Part shown: positions 28,931 through 38,232 of the stretch, one piece after another
How the letters are laid out: every line of letters starts with the position of its first letter
Numbering within the stretch: position 1 is the first letter of the stretch
Source of the DNA: Candidatus Poribacteria bacterium
GTDB taxonomy: Bacteria; Poribacteria; WGA-4E; PCPOR2b
Assembly (NCBI GenBank): GCA_965215015.1
Contig: OZ244042.1
Location: 3,904,001 to 3,968,000, forward strand
Reading direction: 5' to 3'
Length of the DNA: 64,000 nt
Made by a program: the position numbers and the translations under genes
The notes under the pieces: model-generated
What the model saw: only the letters and a program-made list of their open reading frames with translations
What the model was told of the DNA's origin: nothing
Database searches by the model: none

Positions 28931-30031
28931 TCAAAACCTTTCTGGAATCTCAACCTCATATACCTGACTGTGTCCTGTCCGGTCCGATGTGTAAACCACT
29001 AACCTCCCATCAGGACTGAAAGAGGGGTGGGGGTGGGTATGTTGCTCAGTGTAGATCTTAACCGGACCCTTCGCGTACGGAAACGGACCGTTCCAATGCT
29101 CGCCGATGGAGGACGCTTCCGGGTAGCATAGCGTCACAGATTCTCCAACCCCATCACGCGGATTGAACAGCTGGAGACCGATATCGGGAAAGTTTGTGTC
29201 AGCAACCATGAGCGTGCCTTGGCGGTTACAAATTGCGTGCCAAGCGTTACAGAACGTGACACGCCGCTCAGCCCCTGTGTCCACATGGACACAACGGATG
29301 CCATGTGGCCAATCAACGAATGCTAACTCACGTGTGCCGGGAATCCATGACTCGTGGGTGATCCATTCGTTTTTTTTAAGATTACGAGCGTACAACCGAC
29401 GGTTGCCACTACCATCCCGCCGAATCAACCAGACACGGTCAGTAAGGGGACCTGCGTAGAAAAGCAAATCCGAATCGTCCGGACAGAATTGCAGATGGCC
29501 AACGCTGTCCCGGCGGAGAATAATCTCGTGTTCACCGGTCTCAGTGTTGACAATTGCTAACGCTGAAACCTTACCCACGTTGAAGCACACAGCCCACCAG
29601 CGATCATCGTAACTCAACCCTGTGGTTCCTACTACGGGACGGACGCTGCTATCCTGTTCTTGCTGTATTGCGGCAAAGTTGGCCAACTCCCGTTCTTCAA
29701 GCGTTTCAAGGTCTAACCTCCACCCACTTGTCCCTGCTGTGAAGAAAACGGCACTCCCATCATGTGAGGGGTAAACCGACCAATCGCTGAGATCCGGGCG
29801 ATCTGTCAGTTGGATAAGTGAGCCGCTGGAACGCTCTTCAGCAAAAATCTGAGGCGAGCCAGTGCGACATGAGATGAAAATCAGCCAACGCATTGCAGCG
29901 TCATAAGCGGGAATAAAAAAGAAGGGATGGTGATGAATTGAGGGGTAATCAGTTACCTGACGAATGTTTGCGCCGGTGCCTCCATCCTGAAACGTCTTGG
30001 CTTCCGATGGATAGATTGTACCTTTGGACAT
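28931..30031 (-). CDS. Oligogalacturonate lyase-like beta-propeller protein
   Basis: GHLQFCP, THESW and HPHPSFSPDG...YTSDRTG motifs. Start reset to MSKG at 30031. Confidence 0.8.
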   Translation of the reverse strand: MSKGTIYPSEAKTFQDGGTGANIRQVTDYPSIHHHPFFFIPAYDAAMRWLIFISCRTGSPQIFAEERSSGSLIQLTDRPDLSDWSVYPSHDGSAVFFTAGTSGWRLDLETLEERELANFAAIQQEQDSSVRPVVGTTGLSYDDRWWAVCFNVGKVSALAIVNTETGEHEIILRRDSVGHLQFCPDDSDLLFYAGPLTDRVWLIRRDGSGNRRLYARNLKKNEWITHESWIPGTRELAFVDWPHGIRCVHVDTGAERRVTFCNAWHAICNRQGTLMVADTNFPDIGLQLFNPRDGVGESVTLCYPEASSIGEHWNGPFPYAKGPVKIYTEQHTHPHPSFSPDGRLVVYTSDRTGHSQVYEVEIPERF

Positions 30032-30384
30032 CTTTTCCTTTTTCGTCGATGACTCGGTTCTGTTGACATTTGATAAATTGAACCCATCTCCATTCCGAGT
30101 GTTTTCAATTTGTAGGTTGATTGTGGACAATCGAAAATACCCAGAACATTGCGCGAGAGTTCGGGGTTTTGTCGATATGTGAATATAGACCGCCAGATGA
30201 GGCGAGCAAGCCGACCTACAAATTATTGACATTTATAAATTTCTAATATAAATTTATAATTGGCGATAGCAAAATGCCAACACGCCCTAACCATCCGTGT
30301 TCGATTTACACTTGATGGATTCAGAGAAATTCTTGTGTCATCTCATGCTCGCCAGCTGCCCCGGCAAACTTGCTGTCTCACCTC

Positions 30385-31185
30385 CTATTCCTCCAATACA
30401 GGACGGTCTAGCCGCGTATGATATGGTGGCTCCATCACCGCCCGCTGCCTCTCATTTGCCCATTCAGGAATGGGATAGGCAGGAACATACGCTAGATTGC
30501 CCGCCGTATAGCGCGTCAATATTGCCCGACGTGGTTCGTCCGATGTCCAAGGCAGCGTCCCGTGCGTCACCGCCTCCGTGAAGATGATGACACCCCCAGC
30601 TTTGCACACAACCTGCCGAACATGCTCCTGGTAGTTCTCATAACGCCGCATCTCTTGAGGGCATGGAAAATTACTTTTGTGGCTGCCCGGGATAACTATC
30701 AATCCACCGTCCCCCGGGTTTACATCCGTAAGTTGGAATGCCACAACCGTCAGTCCACAGTGCATCTGACCGTTACGGAAGATATAATATTGGTTTGGAT
30801 CAAAGCCCGGTCCCGAAGATCCATGGAATATGAATCCCTCCGCCCCCTTCTCCATTGATAACAGAAACATGTGATGATCCATCCGAAAGCCTTTGCCGAG
30901 GATTTGGTTGAGATAAGGGACGATTCGTGGGTGTGCTAGCATCTCTCGGAAGGGGTTACACCACGGTTCTTCCCAATTGAGCATATTGCCGAGCTCCCCA
31001 CGTCCCGTATCACCTCTGAGCGCGGGAGAACCACCATCTAAGGCCTCATCGCGCGGGCGAGTACGCCCTTGGTCCCAATGATGGGCAATAGCTTCGTTGG
31101 CGAAGGCAACCTCATCAGGCGTGAGCACGTTCTCAATGACGAGATAGCCGTTGAGGTCAAACAGATATTTTTCGGCATCGTTCAT
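30385..31185 (-). CDS. PhyH family dioxygenase
   Basis: EKYLFDLNGYLV, GGLIVIPGSHK and HGTLPW motifs. Confidence 0.9.
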   Translation of the reverse strand: MNDAEKYLFDLNGYLVIENVLTPDEVAFANEAIAHHWDQGRTRPRDEALDGGSPALRGDTGRGELGNMLNWEEPWCNPFREMLAHPRIVPYLNQILGKGFRMDHHMFLLSMEKGAEGFIFHGSSGPGFDPNQYYIFRNGQMHCGLTVVAFQLTDVNPGDGGLIVIPGSHKSNFPCPQEMRRYENYQEHVRQVVCKAGGVIIFTEAVTHGTLPWTSDEPRRAILTRYTAGNLAYVPAYPIPEWANERQRAVMEPPYHTRLDRPVLEE

Positions 31186-31268
31186 AGGTTAATATCCTCC
31201 TCATTACAAAATCACGTTTAACTGGTGCTGCAATCTTATTGAGGGATTAAGATTCCCTTCTACACGCC

Positions 31269-32498
31269 TCACCGCGCCTTAAAATTGACTGCTAACGCCT
31301 TCTCCAGATCTTCGCGGGGATGGATGCCAAATCGCTGCTCAAAATTCCGGTCAAACGCCTCCTCCTCAGACGGATCCGGCAGCAAAGGCAACGCGACCGG
31401 CTGCCGATTCATCCGAACCGATCTGCCCGCAGCCAAAACCATCTCCTGATCGGCCCTTCCCATCTCACCCGTCCAGAGTGGGTCAATCTCCTCCCGCGCA
31501 GCGCGTCCAATCCCATCAAGCATCGTTGCTAACGAGATATTGTGTTCTTGGAGTCCCACCGCCAAATACGGATTCTCCCATTCAATCGTCCCGCCCAATT
31601 CCGCCGGTAGTTCGACAAAGATTCGCTTAATGACGTTTGATGCAGCATATTCGCGCTGAAATTCATAAGTTCTCGCCTGACCCGCACGCTTGGCGATATC
31701 TTGGGCGGTGCAGACATTAACTGTTTCCCCACCCAACGCCCCTTGATTGCCGTTAGTCACAATCGTACCGCGCTCGCCACAGGTCTCAAAACCGACCAAA
31801 GCATTCCGACCGAGACGGTTGTTTTTGTTGCCGACCATCGCGATCCCGATGCCCCCATTATCGAAATCGACAGTGTAGAATTCAAGGCTTTCGGTTTTGA
31901 AATCACGTTTGGCATGGTCAACATAGGGAACAACCGGCATCGTGTGGCTGATGCTGCTGACAGCGACGGGCGTCGCATCTATCCGACACCGTATGGCTGC
32001 CAAACCGTGATACCCTATCGTTGAAAAAAGGCGGTAACATTTGTGGACAGGCCCAATGACGTTTTCACCGATGAGTTTACAGACAAACTGTTCGACCGGT
32101 ACAAACGGAAAGTTTTCGGAGGTTTGCAGTTTGACGCCATGTTTGGCAGCACTTCCGATCATTAGGTCCATTAATCCGAGCGTCGGTGCGAGGGGTGTTT
32201 CGACGTTATGGTGAATGCCACAACGCGATAAGTAGCAAGAAACCACGTGGTGAAGTTCCGCAGGCACGACAACATCGCAGACATCCGGTTTCTCACGATC
32301 AATCATCTCACGAACATCGGTGTAAGCACTCACGCTGAACTGCGCGGCCCCTTCCTCTGCGGACACTGGATGGGCGTCACAAACCGCTACAATTTCAAAA
32401 ATCTCCTTCAACGCTGCAGCTGTTTCGATATGCGTTCTACCTCGACGCCCATAACCGATAAGGGCGTACTTCAAACGGGACATAAATGACCCCTTCAT
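31269..32498 (-). CDS. Gfo/Idh/MocA family oxidoreductase
   Basis: ALIGYGRRG and VETPLA motifs. Confidence 0.8.
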   Translation of the reverse strand: MKGSFMSRLKYALIGYGRRGRTHIETAAALKEIFEIVAVCDAHPVSAEEGAAQFSVSAYTDVREMIDREKPDVCDVVVPAELHHVVSCYLSRCGIHHNVETPLAPTLGLMDLMIGSAAKHGVKLQTSENFPFVPVEQFVCKLIGENVIGPVHKCYRLFSTIGYHGLAAIRCRIDATPVAVSSISHTMPVVPYVDHAKRDFKTESLEFYTVDFDNGGIGIAMVGNKNNRLGRNALVGFETCGERGTIVTNGNQGALGGETVNVCTAQDIAKRAGQARTYEFQREYAASNVIKRIFVELPAELGGTIEWENPYLAVGLQEHNISLATMLDGIGRAAREEIDPLWTGEMGRADQEMVLAAGRSVRMNRQPVALPLLPDPSEEEAFDRNFEQRFGIHPREDLEKALAVNFKAR

Positions 32499-32681
32499 AA
32501 AGAATGATGTTCTTTCACCATATCAATAAGATTTTGCACCATACCCACCTCCGCGTAGAATCCGTATCATCTGGTGACTGCTACCACGCAGAGACAGCTA
32601 AGTTACCATCTGTATAGCAACGGTTTAACTTATGAAGTGGGGTGGTATTCGCTTCGCACAAGCCCTGACCTTTAGTCAGGG

Positions 32682-33428
32682 TTATGACTCGTAGTGATCT
32701 GCACCGTGGGGAACACCCACCCCGTCCTCCATCCGCATCAATTGTTTCTGGCGATCTGTGAGTAGATCTAGCCACTCCTCTGGAAAACGGTGATGCGGGT
32801 CAAGTTGAAAACGCATCATCGGACTAATCCGGTAGTGCCCAAAAATTGCATGACGATTCCGATTGCCGGTATTCGTACCACCGCCGTGCCAACACTGGCC
32901 ATTAAAAACAAGAACACTGCCCGCCGGTGCAGTCGCTGTCAACACATGTTTAATCGGCATATCTTCAGGAGGCAGGCTTATCCTACTTTTGTGTGTACCG
33001 GGAACGATTCGGGTCGCTCCAATCTCCGGTGTAAAATCATCTAGCATCCAAACGGTATTCATCATGACAGGATTTTTCCCATCTTTCTTCAGCAAGTCCT
33101 CAAGGATATCCCCATGCAGCCGTTGGACCGGATCGCCGGGACGGACAATACGGGCATTAAGGCTACCGAGAATCAGCGGTAAACGATTGGTCATTGTCCC
33201 TTCCAGCAACGGCAAAATTTTCGGATGATCGATTATCTTGAAGAAAGCCGGATCCATTGTTGGTAGGTTTGAAATGTGTATGCAATCTCCTCGATCAACC
33301 CCCTTTTCCTCTATTAATCGGATCAGGACCTTTTTCATCTCCGCTACCTCTTCGGGAGCGAGGACGTTCTCAAGGATTGTGAAACCGTATACATCGATTT
33401 CAAATAATTCCTGCTTCAGATTAGACAT
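32682..33428 (-). CDS. PhyH family dioxygenase
   Basis: LHGD, GATRIVPGTH and WHGGGTN motifs. Confidence 0.9.
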   Translation of the reverse strand: MSNLKQELFEIDVYGFTILENVLAPEEVAEMKKVLIRLIEEKGVDRGDCIHISNLPTMDPAFFKIIDHPKILPLLEGTMTNRLPLILGSLNARIVRPGDPVQRLHGDILEDLLKKDGKNPVMMNTVWMLDDFTPEIGATRIVPGTHKSRISLPPEDMPIKHVLTATAPAGSVLVFNGQCWHGGGTNTGNRNRHAIFGHYRISPMMRFQLDPHHRFPEEWLDLLTDRQKQLMRMEDGVGVPHGADHYES

Positions 33429-33451
33429 ATTGTTTCCTTTGGAAAGATTTC

Positions 33452-34411
33452 TCAATCTGTTGAATATACACACTCGTAGCCAAGCGTCTCAAGATTCCGG
33501 CGGATCTTGGCAATTTCAGCGTCAAGCAGTGGGCGGAGTGGGCGACGCATCGTCATAGACGGGAACTTGCCCATCAACCAGCGCGCACACTTCATCCGTT
33601 GGTGGGCATCACCGCTCGGTTCGCCAAGGTCGTACACAATCTGAGATAACGGGTCCACTAGCTGTCGCGCTTTGCGGGCACCTATCAGATCCCCATTAAG
33701 GGCGCAGTGCACGACCTGCACCATCAACTCTGGCACAAATCCGGCAAATCCAATTAGTGCGCCATCACAGCCTTCCAACAACGAAGCCAGCAGATACTCA
33801 TCGTGACAAGTTAAGATAGGAACATGGGGTGCCGCTTCTTTCAGTTGCTCATAGTCCCAACGCCAGCGCGCCATGTCACGAGTTCCCATCTTGATACACA
33901 CCACCTGTGGGATTTTCGCAAGTTCCAACATTTCCGCGAGGCTATAGCTTGCCTTCGTCCAGGCCGGATATTGGTGGACGATGATGGGTATATCTGCCCC
34001 TTCGGCCACATCGTGAAAAAAGCCGACTGCCGTTTCACTAGTGCGCCCGAAACGCAACCAGTGATGCGGCGGCATCAGCAAAATCGCATCGGCACCCGCC
34101 TCCTTCGCGGCGATGGCATAGTCAATAGCTTCTAAACTGCCTTCGGCACTTACACCGGAAACAACCTTTACCTTACCTTTGACCGCCTCGGCAACGATTG
34201 TTGTCACATGCGCGCGCTCACTCGGACGCAACGATGTAATCTCGCCAGTGTGCCCATTACAGACGAGTCCTTTAACACCATCGACAGCGGCAAGTTCACG
34301 CATATATGCCCACAACCCCTCTTCATCGATTGATTCATCTTCATGAAATGGACAGAGGGTTGCGGGGAATACTCCTGCCCAGGGATGATCTTCTCGCCAG
34401 TTCATAGTCAC
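33452..34411 (-). CDS. Dihydrodipicolinate synthase (DapA/NAL) family lyase
   Basis: NGHTGE, GADAILLMPP and Schiff-base lysine in CIKMG. Confidence 0.88.
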   Translation of the reverse strand: MTMNWREDHPWAGVFPATLCPFHEDESIDEEGLWAYMRELAAVDGVKGLVCNGHTGEITSLRPSERAHVTTIVAEAVKGKVKVVSGVSAEGSLEAIDYAIAAKEAGADAILLMPPHHWLRFGRTSETAVGFFHDVAEGADIPIIVHQYPAWTKASYSLAEMLELAKIPQVVCIKMGTRDMARWRWDYEQLKEAAPHVPILTCHDEYLLASLLEGCDGALIGFAGFVPELMVQVVHCALNGDLIGARKARQLVDPLSQIVYDLGEPSGDAHQRMKCARWLMGKFPSMTMRRPLRPLLDAEIAKIRRNLETLGYECVYSTD

Positions 34412-34524
34412 GATTTCCTTTCAAACCACCTTGGTTTTGAAGTTTCCCATTTCAATACCTCTGACCTACCGGTTTGGCAAACCCAGCAGCTCTAGGTCTC
34501 GAAAAAAGCAAGTCGAATTCAGTG

Positions 34525-35601
34525 TTATATTGTAAGGCCGAACAATTCCACGGCATTGCCACCGAAGATTTGCGTTTTCTCGGCCTCAGGGATATTCATT
34601 TCCTCGACGAGCGTCACAAAAAGTTGTGGATCAACCCAGGGATGGTCGGTGCCAAACACCAGATGCTCAGGTCCAGAAAATTCGTAAGCGTATCGCAACG
34701 CTTGTGCAGACGGAGAAACGGTGTCCAGATAAATGCGGCGCATGTAGGCACTCGGGGGTTGTTTAATATGTTCTCGCCCGCGTCCCATCACCTCTGTTTG
34801 ATGCTCGATGCGTCCCATCATGTACGGCAAAACGCCGCCGACATGGGGCATGACAACCTTCAACCTAGGATACCGCTCAAGCACGCCGCCGAGTATTAGC
34901 CGTAAAAGCGCAAAGCTGGTGTCTACCTGAAGCCCCATCATGGGAATCATTGAGTGGTCCTTGATCGCCTCCCCCCATGTTGGGATTGTAGGGTGCAAGA
35001 CGATCGGCAGCTCCTTTGCTTGGGCCTGCCTGTAGATGGGATCGAAAGCCGGGTCATCGACCGGGCGTCCGCCGATGTGTGAATATAGCATAACGCCACA
35101 AAAACCTAGGTTATATGCTCGGTTCATCTCATCAATAGCGGCGTCCACCTCCTGCCAGGGGAGACTAGCAAGCCCCGCAAACCGGTCTGGATGTTGCTGA
35201 ATCATTTCCGCAATGGTATCGTTGATTGCCTGCGCGCCTTTGATAGCCAAATCGGGAGCGAGCATACAGGGGCCCGGGATATTGGTACTGATAAGTGCAA
35301 TGTCAATACCTGCTCTATCCATGTCCTGAAGTTTACGTTTGGTGAGGTACATCTCCTCCCGTAGCCGAAACTGCTGGACATCACCGTAGGTGATAACAAA
35401 CTCGTTGCCATGCTGTACGCCTGAGATGCTCGGGCTTTCGCGCCGGCTGCTTTGTTTCCCAATCAAGTCCTCCGAACAAGCTGATCCATCCGAGTTATCC
35501 CGTGCTGTGCCTCGGAGTTCAATCTGTGGTGGATAGGGGTTTTGGGCAAGCACATCGGTATACGCGCGAGGAAATATGTGGCTTTGGCAGTCAATCCGCA
35601 T
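34525..35601 (-). CDS. Amidohydrolase_2 family (ACMSD/decarboxylase-like)
   Basis: IDCQSH, PDRFAGLA, LHP, PHVGG and FGTDHP motifs. Confidence 0.9.
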   Translation of the reverse strand: MRIDCQSHIFPRAYTDVLAQNPYPPQIELRGTARDNSDGSACSEDLIGKQSSRRESPSISGVQHGNEFVITYGDVQQFRLREEMYLTKRKLQDMDRAGIDIALISTNIPGPCMLAPDLAIKGAQAINDTIAEMIQQHPDRFAGLASLPWQEVDAAIDEMNRAYNLGFCGVMLYSHIGGRPVDDPAFDPIYRQAQAKELPIVLHPTIPTWGEAIKDHSMIPMMGLQVDTSFALLRLILGGVLERYPRLKVVMPHVGGVLPYMMGRIEHQTEVMGRGREHIKQPPSAYMRRIYLDTVSPSAQALRYAYEFSGPEHLVFGTDHPWVDPQLFVTLVEEMNIPEAEKTQIFGGNAVELFGLTI

Positions 35602-35896
35602 TAGAATCCTTCCCGCTCAACAGAATCGTTTTTACGGAGAATCTAATTCAATTGAATCATCAATGGAGGCATGAAACTTTTGAATGTAAGATTTCCTAAA
35701 TGACCTCCATTATACAAATTCAGATTAAGAAGTCAATAAGAAAATCCCATAGAATCGTATCGTAGCATTAGAAATCAATAGTAATCCAACTTACGATGTA
35801 ACCAAGATCTTGCAAAATACGTTTTAATATTTTATTTTGAAGAAATTTGTAAAATATCCTCACCAATGTTATAATGGTACTGACTCGAACGTTTAA

Positions 35897-36469
35897 GTGG
35901 ACAGACCTATGATTCCCGACGAAATCTACGTCCAAAAAACAATTGAGGGTGATGCTGAGGCGTTCAATGAATTGGTGCAACGCCACCATGCCAGGATTTA
36001 TGGGCTTGCTTATCGAATGCTTGGCAACCCTGATGATGCTTCGGATGCGACGCAAGAAGTGTTTCTTGAGGCTTACAAATCCATTCAGTCCTTCCAATTC
36101 CAGTCAAAGTTTTTGACGTGGTTGTATCGAGTTGGAATCAACGTTTGTCAACAATACAAACGCAAGTCCGAGTCTCGTGAACGCACATTAACCTCCTACA
36201 CACAGGATTTTCAGGCAAGGGAGGGACAATATGCAAACGAATATCCAGATCGAGTTTTGCTGAAAACAGAGCGTGACCAGTTGATACAAGATGCGATTAA
36301 TCAATTACCATCGAAACAGCGGATGGTTATCACTCTGTTCTATATGCAGCAGATGAAATATCGTGAAATCGCAGAATTGCTTGATTGTTCGGAGGGTACC
36401 GTTGCCTCGCGCCTGAATACAGCCGTGAGGAACCTCAAGTCAAAGCTTAAAGGTTTACACTCCCACTAG
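35897..36469 (+). CDS. ECF RNA polymerase sigma factor
   Basis: Region 2 DASDATQEVFL...FLTWLYRVGIN; region 4 YREIAELLDCSEGTVASRL. Confidence 0.95.
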   Translation: MDRPMIPDEIYVQKTIEGDAEAFNELVQRHHARIYGLAYRMLGNPDDASDATQEVFLEAYKSIQSFQFQSKFLTWLYRVGINVCQQYKRKSESRERTLTSYTQDFQAREGQYANEYPDRVLLKTERDQLIQDAINQLPSKQRMVITLFYMQQMKYREIAELLDCSEGTVASRLNTAVRNLKSKLKGLHSH

Positions 36470-36565
36470 ACCGATAATTCAGATTGCCCGATGGACCGAA
36501 CCCAGCTAGGTAAAGACTCAGGTCGATCAAAATTGATATACAACGCTTATTCCGATTAAAAAATC

Positions 36566-36700
36566 AGGACTTACGCACTTCCGTAGAGAACATTGATTGG
36601 TATTCCCTATGAGCTCCTTAATGGAACCCTTGTTGTAGTTGCCCGATTCACAGGGCATCGGAAGGCATGTTCACCGGGATGAATCGCCGAGGATACCATA
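36566..36700. repeat. MITE/REP-like insertion between sigma and anti-sigma genes
   Basis: AGGACTTACGCACTT (36566-36580) and TGTAGTTGCCCGATTCACAGGGC, related to 14558-14580. Confidence 0.6.
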
Positions 36701-36820
36701 CCTAGTACCATAGAATACCAGACACGGTTGGCTCCATCCGCCCGGCACATTGCGGACCTTTTCTGATGTTGGCATTGAGTGCTCGACCGTGCAAGTCGTA
36801 AAATATAGAAGAGGACAGCT

Positions 36821-37360
36821 ATGAGTCTCGACTGTCAACAAGTTATTGAAGATTTTAGTTTGCATCAGCATCCGGATCTAACATATCAAGAGAAGATTGA
36901 ACGCAAACGACATCTCATTGAATGTAAAGCGTGCCAAAATGAATATGAGGAGATGTTACACGCAGCAGCTGTGCTCGAAAGTCTTCCGGACCCCGTTCCG
37001 CCCCCAGACCTTGTCGAGCGCATTCAGACCCGAATCCACCAAACCGACCGGCGTTCCATCTGGGATTTTCTAGCGAATCCAATTGCGCGTATCCTTGTTG
37101 CTATGAAATTGGGCCCCCATCCCACCTTTGTCAACTACACTGCAATGCTCTTTTACTTAATGCTGACAATCTTTATGGTCAAGTTGACATTTTTCAGTTC
37201 AACGGAGCCCCCACCTGTTTCGTTGATGCACCCTCCATCGCCAAACGTGCGCCTTGTCCGGTTAGGTGATGTGAAACATGCTTCGCTCAAAACTGTCAAA
37301 ATAGAAAAAGAAAGGTCCAAGGAGGTGCCAATTCAACCCACCCCAAGTAATTTTCAGTAG
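36821..37360 (+). CDS. Zinc-binding anti-sigma factor (zf-HC2) with TM helix
   Basis: HLIECKAC (HxxxCxxC), TM segment, downstream of the ECF sigma gene. Confidence 0.85.
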   Translation: MSLDCQQVIEDFSLHQHPDLTYQEKIERKRHLIECKACQNEYEEMLHAAAVLESLPDPVPPPDLVERIQTRIHQTDRRSIWDFLANPIARILVAMKLGPHPTFVNYTAMLFYLMLTIFMVKLTFFSSTEPPPVSLMHPPSPNVRLVRLGDVKHASLKTVKIEKERSKEVPIQPTPSNFQ

Positions 37361-37392
37361 CATTGCATCAACTTCCAAACTAGCACTTCATA

Positions 37393-37439
37393 AAGCGCCA
37401 TGAGCCTCAAGAATTCAAACCGGCAACATGGCGTTTTTT
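37393..37439 (+). terminator. Intrinsic terminator after the anti-sigma gene
   Basis: GCGCCATG...CATGGCGT followed by a T-tract. Confidence 0.6.
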
Positions 37440-37478
37440 GGTTAATAGGGCTTCCCATTCGCAAATTTCTATTTTTCC

Positions 37479-37507
37479 TTGCATAATTCTGTCTCTTATG
37501 ATACTAT
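37479..37507 (+). promoter_or_regulatory. rimP operon promoter candidate
   Basis: TTGCAT-17-TACTAT with an extended -10 TG. Confidence 0.65.
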
Positions 37508-37514
37508 TTAATTT

Positions 37515-37625
37515 GCCGCGAGAAATCCTTCTCAGGAGGAAAGCAAATCGCGGTTTTTTTGTGTGTCACCTGATTGCAGTGACTCTTCTATCTTTTTAAG
37601 AGTGGGGTGGGTTTTCCCGCTCTTT
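37515..37625 (+). promoter_or_regulatory. rimP leader with two terminator-like hairpins
   Basis: GCCGCGA...TCGCGG+T7 (37515-37560) and AAGAGTGGG...CCCGCTCTTT (37598-37625). The second resembles the conserved rimP leader hairpin. Confidence 0.7.
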
Positions 37626-37747
37626 ATTATTTTTTGTAAAAGATTGGATTTAGGCAGAAAGGACATTAAGCTGCTTTGAATCCAATCTTATCGGAGGCGT
37701 GTTGGTGCCATACTAAGGCAGTTCACTTCAGGCGCCCGTCACACACT

Positions 37748-38203
37748 ATGACCTCTTCATTAGCATCCACAGTTTCCGATTTATTATCACTTGTTCTAGC
37801 TGATGAAGGAATCGAGTTAGTTGATGTCGAATATCAAGTTGATATCCAGACGCTAAAGCTTTTGATTCATAAATCCGACGGTGTAAGTATCGAGGATTGT
37901 CAACAGGTGAGTCGAATTGTGAACCCTATTCTTGATGTGCATGATATAATACCCGGTACATACAATCTTGAAGTCGCTTCGCCGGGACTGAATCGACCGC
38001 TTATTACAGAAGCCGATTTCCGCAGAAATTTAGGGCAGAAGGTTGAAGTGGAGGTATCCACTGTAACCGAGAATTTTTCACAATTCAATGGCACCCTAAA
38101 CCGGGTCAGCGATGGGAAAATCTTCCTGACCCCGGTTTCTGGGAAGACGGTTCAAATCGTAATTTCCGAGATTACTCAAGCCCAAATCCAATTGATGTGG
38201 TAA
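37748..38203 (+). CDS. rimP: Ribosome maturation factor RimP
   Basis: GVSIEDCQQVSR and YNLEVASPGLNRPL motifs; precedes nusA. Confidence 0.95.
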   Translation: MTSSLASTVSDLLSLVLADEGIELVDVEYQVDIQTLKLLIHKSDGVSIEDCQQVSRIVNPILDVHDIIPGTYNLEVASPGLNRPLITEADFRRNLGQKVEVEVSTVTENFSQFNGTLNRVSDGKIFLTPVSGKTVQIVISEITQAQIQLMW

Positions 38204-38232
38204 AGCGTTGGAGGGATGGTGGAGTTTATACA

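Noticed and set aside
30032-30232. N-terminal extension of the Ogl-like ORF
   Set aside because: Not protein-like; an RBS-like AAGGAAAAG precedes ATG 30031.
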